DNA from: Auanema rhodensis
Taxonomy: Eukaryota > Animalia > Nematoda
Assembly (NCBI GenBank): GCA_964057225.1
Contig: OZ059900.1
Span: 2,914,001-2,978,000 of the forward strand
Length of the DNA stretch: 64,000 nucleotides
Direction of reading: 5' to 3'
Below are positions 54,101 to 64,000 of this stretch, piece by piece. The translations under genes and the position numbers were made by a program. Position 1 is the stretch's first letter; each line of letters opens with the position of its first letter. The notes below the pieces were generated by a model. It was given only the letters and a program-made list of their open reading frames with translations. It was not told the DNA's origin and made no database searches.

Positions 54101-57100
54101 ATTTTTGAAATTTCCGAGTTTTGAGTCTAATTTGGCTAAATCGCTCATATATATGATCAAAAGCATAGTTTTACTGTCTATGATAACAAAAGTCTTCAAA
54201 TATACACTAATAATGATTTAATCACTGAATTTCACTCAAATAGCATTACTACACTAAGTATGGTCGTTTTTATGCCTTTAACACCATATACTCACCGATT
54301 TTTGGTACAAAATCTGTGATACTCGTAAATTTTGATCATATTCGGTGAGATTCGAGAATCAAACACACAATACACGAAATAAGTTTATTTTTACGAGTTT
54401 GCACTGATATTTATTCATTTTGATCAAAAAAGGTCGAAAATAGAAAGAATTTTTGAAATTTACGAGTTTTGAGTCCAATTGGGCTAAATCGCTCATATAT
54501 ATGATCAAAAGCATAGTTTTACTGTCTATGATAACAAAAGTCTTCAAATATACACTAATGATGTGTAAATCACTGAATTTCACTCAAATAGCTTTACTAC
54601 ACTAAGTATGGTCGTTTTTATGCCTTTAACACCATATACTCACCGATTTTTGGTACAAAATCTGTAATACTCGTAAATTTTGATCATATTCGGTGAGATT
54701 CGAGAATCAAACATACAATACACAAAATCAGTCTATTTTTATGAGCTTGCACTGATATATATTCATTTTGATCAAAAAAGGTCGAAAATAGAAAGAATTT
54801 TTGAAATTTACGAGTTTTGAGTCTAATTTGGCTAAATCGCTCATATATATGATCAGAAGCATAGTTTTATTGTCTATGACAACGAAAGTCATTAATTAAA
54901 CACTAATGATGTTTAAATCACTAAATTTCGCTCAAATAGCATTACTACACTAAGTATGGTCGTTTTTATGCCTTTAACACCATATACTCACCGATTTTTG
55001 GTACAAAATCTGTAATACTCGTAAATTTTGATCATATTCGGTGAGATTCGAGAATCAAACACACAATGCACGAAATAAGTTTATTTTGACGAGTTTGCAC
55101 TGATATTCATTCATTTTGATCAAAAAAGGTCGAAAATAGAAAGAATTTTTGAATTTTCCGAGTTTTGAGTCCAATTGGGCTAAATCGCTCATATATATGA
55201 TCAAAAGCATAGTTTTACTGTCTATGATAACAAAAGTCTTCAAATATACACTAATGATGTGTAAATCACTGAATTTCACTCAAATAGCTTTACTACACTA
55301 AGTATGGTCGTTTTTATGCCTTTAACACCATATACTCACCGATTTTTGGTACAAAATCTGTAATACTCGTAAATTTTGATCATATTCGTTAAGATTTGAG
55401 AATCAAACATACAATACACAAAATCAGTCTATTTTTATGAGCTTGCACTGATATATATTCATTTTGATCAAAAAAGGTCGAAAATAGAAAGAATTTTTGA
55501 AATTTACGAGTTTTGAGTCTAATTTGGCTAAATCGCTCATATATATGATCAAAAGCATAGTTTTACTGTCTATGATAACAAAAGTCTTCAAATATACACT
55601 AATGATGTGTAAATCACTGAATTTCACTCAAATAGCATTACTACACTAAGTATGGTCGTTTTTATGCCTTTAACACCATATACTCACCGATTTTTGGTAC
55701 AAAATCTGTGATACTCGTAAATTTTGATCATATTCGGTGAGATTCGAGAATCAAACACACAATGCACGAAATAAGTTTATTTTGACGAGTTTGCACTGAT
55801 ATTTATTCATTTTGATCAAAAAAGGTCGAAAATAGAAAGAATTTTTGAATTTTCCGAGTTTTGAGTCCAATTGGGCTAAATCGCTCATATATATGATCAA
55901 AAGCATAGTTTTACTGTCTATGATAACAAAAGTCTTCAAATATACACTAATGATGTGTAAATCACTGAATTTCACTCAAATAGCTTTACTACACTAAGTA
56001 TGGTCGTTTTTATGCCTTTAACACCATATACTCACCGATTTTTGGTACAAAATCTGTAATACTCGTAAATTTTGATCATATTCGGTGAGATTCGAGAATC
56101 AAACATACAATACACAAAATCAGTCTATTTTTATGAGCTTGCACTGATATATATTCATTTTGATCAAAAAAGGTCGAAAATAGAAAGAATTTTTGAAATT
56201 TACGAGTTTTGAGTCTAATTTGGCTAAATCGCTCATATATATGATCAGAAGCATAGTTTTATTGTCTATGACAACGAAAGTCATTAATTAAACACTAATG
56301 ATGTTTAAATCACTAAATTTCGCTCAAATAGCATTACTACACTAAGTATGGTCGTTTTTATGCCTTTAACACCATATACTCACCGATTTTTGGTACAAAA
56401 TCTGTAATACTCGTAAATTTTGATCATATTCGGTGAGATTCGAGAATCAAACACACAATGCACGAAATAAGTTTATTTTGACGAGTTTGCACTGATATTT
56501 ATTCATTTTGATCAAAAAAGGTCGAAAATAGAAAGAATTTTTGAATTTTCCGAGTTTTGAGTCCAATTGGGCTAAATCGCTCATATATATGATCAAAAGC
56601 ATAGTTTTACTGTCTATGATAACAAAAGTCTTCAAATATACACTAATGATGTGTAAATCACTGAATTTCACTCAAATAGCTTTACTACACTAAGTATGGT
56701 CGTTTTTATGCCTTTAACACCATATACTCACCGATTTTTGATACAAAATCTGTAATACTCGTAAATTTTGATCATATTCGGTGAGATTCGAGAATCAAAC
56801 ACATAATACACGAAATAAGTCTAGTTTTATGAGTTTGCACTGATATTTATTCATTTTGATCAAAAAAGGTCGAAAATAGAAAGAATTTTTGAATTTTCCG
56901 AGTTTTGAGTCCAATTGGGCTAAATCGCTCATATATATGATCAAAAGCATAGTTTTACTGTCTATGATAACAAAAGTCTTCAAATATACACTAATGATGT
57001 GTAAATCACTGAATTTCACTCAAATAGCTTTACTACACTAAGTATGGTCGTTTTTATGCCTTTAACACCATATACTCACCGATTTTTGGTACAAAATCTG

Positions 57101-60100
57101 TAATACTCGTAAATTTTGATCATATTCGTTAAGATTTGAGAATCAAACATACAATACACAAAATCAGTCTATTTTTATGAGCTTGCACTGATATATATTC
57201 ATTTTGATCAAAAAAGGTCGAAAATAGAAAGAATTTTTGAAATTTCCGAGTTTTGAGTCTAATTTGGCTAAATCGCTCATATATATGATCAAAAGCATAG
57301 TTTTATTGTCTATGACAACAAAAGTCATCAATTAAACGCTAGTGATGTTTAAATACTGAATTTCGCTCAAATAGCATTACTACACTAAGTATGGTCGTTT
57401 TTATGCCTTTAACACCATATACTCAACGATTTTTGTTACAAAATCTGTAATACTCGTAAATTTTGATCATATTCGTTAAGATTTGAGAATCAAACATACA
57501 ATACACAAAATCAGTCTATTTTTATGAGCTTGCACTGATATATATTCACTTTGATCAAAAAAGGTCGAAAATAGAAAGAATTTTTGAAATTTCCGAGTTT
57601 TGAGTCTAATTTGGCTAAATCGCTCATATACATGATCAGAAGCATAGTTTTATTGTCTATGACAACAAAAGTCATTAATTAAACACTAATGATGTTTAAA
57701 TCACTAAATTTCGCTCAAATAGCATTACTACACTAAGTATGGTCGTTTTTATGCCTTTAACACCATATACTCAACGATTTTTGGTACAAAATCTGTAATA
57801 CTCGTAAATTTTGATCATATTCGTTAAGATTTGAGAATCAAACATACAATACACAAAATCAGTCTATTTTTATGAGCTTGCACTGATATATATTCATTTT
57901 GATCAAAAAAGGTCGAAAATAGAAAGAATTTTTGAAATTTCCGAGTTTTGAGTCTAATTTGGCTAAATCGCTCATATATATGATCAAAAGCATAGTTTTA
58001 CTGTCTATGATAACAAAAGTCTTCAAATATACACTAATAATGATTTAATCACTGAATTTCACTCAAATAGCATTACTACACTAAGTATGGTCGTTTTTAT
58101 GCCTTTAACACCATATACTCACCGATTTTTGGTACAAAATCTGTGATACTCGTAAATTTTGATCATATTCGGTGAGATTCGAGAATCAAACACACAATAC
58201 ACGAAATAAGTTTATTTTTACGAGTTTGCACTGATATTTATTCATTTTGATCAAAAAAGGTCGAAAATAGAAAGAATTTTTGAAATTTACGAGTTTTGAG
58301 TCCAATTGGGCTAAATCGCTCATATATATGATCAAAAGCATAGTTTTACTGTCTATGATAACAAAAGTCTTCAAATATACACTAATGATGTGTAAATCAC
58401 TGAATTTCACTCAAATAGCTTTACTACACTAAGTATGGTCGTTTTTATGCCTTTAACACCATATACTCACCGATTTTTGGTACAAAATCTGTAATACTCG
58501 TAAATTTTGATCATATTCGGTGAGATTCGAGAATCAAACATACAATACACAAAATCAGTCTATTTTTATGAGCTTGCACTGATATATATTCATTTTGATC
58601 AAAAAAGGTCGAAAATAGAAAGAATTTTTGAAATTTACGAGTTTTGAGTCTAATTTGGCTAAATCGCTCATATATATGATCAGAAGCATAGTTTTATTGT
58701 CTATGACAACGAAAGTCATTAATTAAACACTAATGATGTTTAAATCACTAAATTTCGCTCAAATAGCATTACTACACTAAGTATGGTCGTTTTTATGCCT
58801 TTAACACCATATACTCACCGATTTTTGGTACAAAATCTGTAATACTCGTAAATTTTGATCATATTCGGTGAGATTCGAGAATCAAACACACAATGCACGA
58901 AATAAGTTTATTTTGACGAGTTTGCACTGATATTTATTCATTTTGATCAAAAAAGGTCGAAAATAGAAAGAATTTTTGAATTTTCCGAGTTTTGAGTCCA
59001 ATTGGGCTAAATCGCTCATATATATGATCAAAAGCATAGTTTTACTGTCTATGATAACAAAAGTCTTCAAATATACACTAATGATGTGTAAATCACTGAA
59101 TTTCACTCAAATAGCTTTACTACACTAAGTATGGTCGTTTTTATGCCTTTAACACCATATACTCACCGATTTTTGGTACAAAATCTGTAATACTCGTAAA
59201 TTTTGATCATATTCGTTAAGATTTGAGAATCAAACATACAATACACAAAATCAGTCTATTTTTATGAGCTTGCACTGATATATATTCATTTTGATCAAAA
59301 AAGGTCGAAAATAGAAAGAATTTTTGAAATTTACGAGTTTTGAGTCTAATTTGGCTAAATCGCTCATATATATGATCAGAAGCATAGTTTTATTGTCTAT
59401 GACAACGAAAGTCATTAATTAAACACTAATGATGTTTAAATCACTAAATTTCGCTCAAATAGCATTACTACACTAAGTATGGTCGTTTTTATGCCTTTAA
59501 CACCATATACTCACCGATTTTTGATACAAAATCTGTAATACTCGTAAATTTTGATCATATTCGGTGAGATTCGAGAATCAAACACATAATACACGAAATA
59601 AGTCTAGTTTTATGAGTTTGCACTGATATTTATTCATTTTGATCAAAAAAGGTCGAAAATAGAAAGAATTTTTGAATTTTCCGAGTTTTGAGTCCAATTG
59701 GGCTAAATCGCTCATATATATGATCAAAAGCATAGTTTTACTGTCTATGATAACAAAAGTCTTCAAATATACACTAATGATGTGTAAATCACTGAATTTC
59801 ACTCAAATAGCTTTACTACACTAAGTATGGTCGTTTTTATGCCTTTAACACCATATACTCACCGATTTTTGGTACAAAATCTGTAATACTCGTAAATTTT
59901 GATCATATTCGTTAAGATTTGAGAATCAAACATACAATACACAAAATCAGTCTATTTTTATGAGCTTGCACTGATATATATTCACTTTGATCAAAAAAGG
60001 TCGAAAATAGAAAGAATTTTTGAAATTTCCGAGTTTTGAGTCTAATTTGGCTAAATCGCTCATATACATGATCAGAAGCATAGTTTTATTGTCTATGACA

Positions 60101-60863
60101 ACAAAAGTCATTAATTAAACACTAATGATGTTTAAATCACTAAATTTCGCTCAAATAGCATTACTACACTAAGTATGGTCGTTTTTATGCCTTTAACACC
60201 ATATACTCAACGATTTTTGGTACAAAATCTGTAATACTCGTAAATTTTGATCATATTCGTTAAGATTTGAGAATCAAACATACAATACACAAAATCAGTC
60301 TATTTTTATGAGCTTGCACTGATATATATTCATTTTGATCAAAAAAGGTCGAAAATAGAAAGAATTTTTGAAATTTCCGAGTTTTGAGTCTAATTTGGCT
60401 AAATCGCTCATATATATGATCAAAAGCATAGTTTTACTGTCTATGATAACAAAAGTCTTCAAATATACACTAATAATGATTTAATCACTGAATTTCACTC
60501 AAATAGCATTACTACACTAAGTATGGTCGTTTTTATGCCTTTAACACCATATACTCACCGATTTTTGGTACAAAATCTGTGATACTCGTAAATTTTGATC
60601 ATATTCGGTGAGATTCGAGAATCAAACACACAATACACGAAATAAGTTTATTTTTACGAGTTTGCACTGATATTTATTCATTTTGATCAAAAAAGGTCGA
60701 AAATAGAAAGAATTTTTGAAATTTACGAGTTTTGAGTCTAATTTGGCTAAATCGCTCATATATATGATCAGAAGCATAGTTTTATTGTCTATGACAACGA
60801 AAGTCATTAATTAAACACTAATGATGTTTAAATCACTAAATTTCGCTCAAATAGCATTACTAC
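51122..60863 (+). repeat. Irregular higher-order repeat domain with 11-monomer (3827-bp) then 8-monomer (2783-bp) periods (M148-M175)
   Basis: The TTTTGATACAAAA + TCTAGTTTT monomer starts at 52862, 56689 and 59472. The TTTTTGTTACAAA monomer starts at 53557 and 57384. The TTTACGAG+CCAATTGGG hybrid starts at 54253 and 58080. Confidence 0.85.
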
Positions 60864-63800
60864 ACTAAGTATGGTCGTTTTTATGCCTTTAACACCATAT
60901 ACTCACCGATTTTTGGTACAAAATCTGTAATACTCGTAAATTTTGATCATATTCGTTAAGATTTGAGAATCAAACATACAATACACAGAATCAGTCTATT
61001 TTTATGAGCTTGCACTGATATATATTCATTTTGATCGAAAAAGGTCGAAAATAGAAAGAATTTTTGAAATTTACGAGTTTTGAGTCTAATTTGGCTAAAT
61101 CGCTCATATATATGATCAGAAGCATAGTTTTTTTGTCTATGACAACAAAAGTCATTAGTTAAACACTAATGATGTTTAAATCACTGAATTTCACTCAAAT
61201 AGCATTACTACACTAAGTATGGTCGTTTTTATGCCTTTAACACCATATACTCACCGATTTTTGGTACAAAATCTGTGATACTCGTAAATTTTGATCATAT
61301 TCGGTGAGATTCGAGAATCAAACACACAATGCACGAAATAAGTTTATTTTGACGAGTTTGCACTGATATTCATTCATTTTGATCAAAAAAGGTCGAAAAT
61401 AGAAAGAATTTTTGAATTTTCCGAGTTTTGAGTCCAATCGGGCTAAATCGCTCATATATATGATCAAAAGCATAGTTTTACTGTCTATGATAACAAAAGT
61501 CTTCAAATATACACTAATGATGTGTAAATCACTGAATTTCACTCAAATAGCTTTACTACACTAAGTATGGTCGTTTTTATGCCTTTAACACCATATACTC
61601 ACCGATTTTTGGTACAAAATCTGTAATACTCGTAAATTTTGATCATATTCGGTGAGATTCGAGAATCAAACACACAATGCACGAAATAAGTTTATTTTGA
61701 CGAGTTTGCACTGATATTTATTCATTTTGATCAAAAAAGGTCGAAAATAGAAAGAATTTTTGAATTTTCCGAGTTTTGAGTCCAATTGGGCTAAATCGCT
61801 CATATATATGATCAAAAGCATAGTTTTACTGTCTATGATAACAAAAGTCTTCAAATATACACTAATGATGTGTAAATCACTGAATTTCACTCAAATAGCT
61901 TTACTACACTAAGTATGGTCGTTTTTATGCCTTTAACACCATATACTCACCGATTTTTGGTACAAAATCTGTAATACTCGTAAATTTTGATCATATTCGT
62001 TAAGATTTGAGAATCAAACATACAATACACAGAATCAGTCTATTTTTATGAGCTTGCACTGATATATATTCATTTTGATCGAAAAAGGTCGAAAATAGAA
62101 AGAATTTTTGAAATTTACGAGTTTTGAGTCTAATTTGGCTAAATCGCTCATATATATGATCAGAAGCATAGTTTTTTTGTCTATGACAACAAAAGTCATT
62201 AGTTAAACACTAATGATGTTTAAATCACTAAATTTCGCTCAAATAGCATTACTACACTAAGTATGGTCGTTTTTATGCCTTTAACACCATATACTCACCG
62301 ATTTTTGGTACAAAATCTGTAATACTCGTAAATTTTGATCATATTCGTTAAGATTTGAGAATCAAACATACAATACACAAAATCAGTCTATTTTTATGAG
62401 CTTGCACTGATATATATTCATTTTGATCAAAAAAGGTCGAAAATAGAAAGAATTTTTGAAATTTACGAGTTTTGAATCTAATTTGGCTAAATCGCTCATA
62501 TATATGATCAAAAGCATAGTTTTACTGTCTATGATAACAAAAGTCTTCAAATATACACTAATAATGATTTAATCACTGAATTTCACTCAAATAGCATTAC
62601 TACACTAAGTATGGTCGTTTTTATGCCTTTAACACCATATACTCACCGATTTTTGGTACAAAATCTGTGATACTCGTAAATTTTGATCATATTCGGTGAG
62701 ATTCCAGAATCAAACACACAATACACGAAATAAGTTTATTTTTACGAGTTTGCACTGATATTTATTCATTTTGATCAAAAAAGGTCGAAAATAGAAAGAA
62801 TTTTTGAAATTTCCGAGTTTTGAGTCTAATTTGGCTAAATCGCTCATATATATGATCAAAAGCATAGTTTTATTGTCTATGACAACAAAAGTCATCAATT
62901 AAACGCTAGTGATGTTTAAATACTGAATTTCGCTCAAATAGCATTACTACACTAAGTATGGTCGTTTTTATGCCTTTAACACCATATACTCACCGATTTT
63001 TGGTACAAAATCTGTAATACTCGTAAATTTTGATCATATTCGTTAAGATTTGAGAATCAAACATACAATACACAAAATCAGTCTATTTTTATGAGCTTGC
63101 ACTGATATATATTCATTTTGATCAAAAAAGGTCGAAAATAGAAAGAATTTTTGAAATTTACGAGTTTTGAGTCTAATTTGGCTAAATCGCTCATATATAT
63201 GATCAGAAGCATAGTTTTATTGTCTATGACAACGAAAGTCATTAATTGAACACTAATGATGTTTAAATCACTAAATTTCGCTCAAATAGCATTACTACAC
63301 TAAGTATGGTCGTTTTTATGCCTTTAACACCATATACTCACCGATTTTTGGTACAAAATCTGTAATACTCGTAAATTTTGATCATATTCGGTGAGATTCG
63401 AGAATCAAACACACAATGCACGAAATAAGTTTATTTTGACGAGTTTGCACTGATATTTATTCATTTTGATCAAAAAAGGTCGAAAATAGAAAGAATTTTT
63501 GAATTTTCCGAGTTTTGAGTCCAATTGGGCTAAATCGCTCATATATATGATCAAAAGCATAGTTTTACTGTCTATGATAACAAAAGTCTTCAAATATACA
63601 CTAATGATGTGTAAATCACTGAATTTCACTCAAATAGCTTTACTACACTAAGTATGGTCGTTTTTATGCCTTTAACACCATATACTCACCGATTTTTGGT
63701 ACAAAATCTGTAATACTCGTAAATTTTGATCATATTCGTTAAGATTTGAGAATCAAACATACAATACACAAAATCAGTCAATTTTTATGAGCTTGCACTG

Positions 63801-64000
63801 ATATATATTCATTTTGATCAAAAAAGGTCGAAAATAGAAAGAATTTTTGAAATTTCCGAGTTTTGAGTCTAATTTGGCTAAATCGCTCATATATATGATC
63901 AAAAGCATAGTTTTACTGTCTATGATAACAAAAGTCTTCAAATATACACTAATGATGTGTAAATCACTGAATTTCACTCAAATAGCTTTACTACACTAAG

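Larger units (their letters stand above)
1..64000 (+). repeat. Tandem satellite DNA array, 347/348-bp AT-rich monomer, 184 complete head-to-tail copies (putatively centromeric/pericentromeric); continues beyond both window edges
   Basis: ACTAAGTATGGTCGTTTTTATGCCTTTAACACCATATACTC recurs at 1, 348, 695, 1043, 1391, 1739 ... 63299, 63647, and its first 6 bp at 63995. Spacing is always 347 or 348 bp (146x348 + 38x347 = 63994). ORF-track coordinates step by the same period. Differences between copies are substitutions plus one 1-bp indel. Confidence 0.99.

Noticed and set aside
107-63977. Well over a hundred near-identical 61-89 aa minus-strand ORFs (MKFSDLHIIS.../MMTFVVIDNK...) as a tandem gene family or diversified peptide library
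   Set aside because: They are one frame of the satellite monomer. Many of the called starts are GTG or TTG (for example 1025 and 295). A common allele (AATCAG) introduces a stop, many monomers lack the ORF, and DNA outside the ORF is at least as conserved as DNA inside it. I recognise no protein domain. Ribosome profiling or dN/dS below 1 would be needed to revive this.
1-64000. CRISPR array or other repeat-spacer system
   Set aside because: There are no unique spacers. The variable segments are alleles of the same sequence, the period is 348 bp, and no cas genes are present.
1-64000. Assignment to a named satellite family or species (for example the ~340-360-bp AT-rich insect satellites)
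   Set aside because: Length and composition are similar to several known families, but I do not recognise this sequence. A BLASTN/Dfam/Repbase search with the consensus is required.
1-64000. Embedded transposon, inversion or unique island
   Set aside because: Monomer starts account for every base at 347/348-bp steps and all copies share one orientation, so there is no room for an insertion.

Overview
The whole 64-kb window is one uninterrupted, head-to-tail, AT-rich tandem satellite array. It holds 184 complete monomers (146 of 348 bp and 38 of 347 bp, phased here on ACTAAGTATGGTCG at position 1) plus 6 bp of a 185th. All monomers lie in the same orientation. I saw no genes, RNA genes, transposon insertions, inversions or unique sequence. 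The short minus-strand ORFs are one stop-free frame of the monomer recurring in most copies, and I reject them as genes. The interest lies in the array architecture. (i) The 348-bp unit appears to be an old dimer of ~169 + ~179 bp subunits. (ii) Monomers are combinations of a few 5' and 3' haplotype modules. (iii) Local higher-order repeats change along the array: a 5-mer (1737 bp), a 6-mer (2087 bp), an 8-mer (2783 bp) nested in a 13-monomer block present three times, and an 11-mer/8-mer series. (iv) Blocks are duplicated at 14.6, 23.0 and 29.6 kb distance. (v) Two variant domains meet at ~23.6-26 kb. (vi) Polymorphism appears enriched at CpG sites. The pattern fits eukaryotic centromeric or pericentromeric satellite DNA, but species, family name and centromere function cannot be determined from sequence alone. 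I found no evidence of a novel gene-based system. Monomer numbers (M1-M184) are my own manual indexing.
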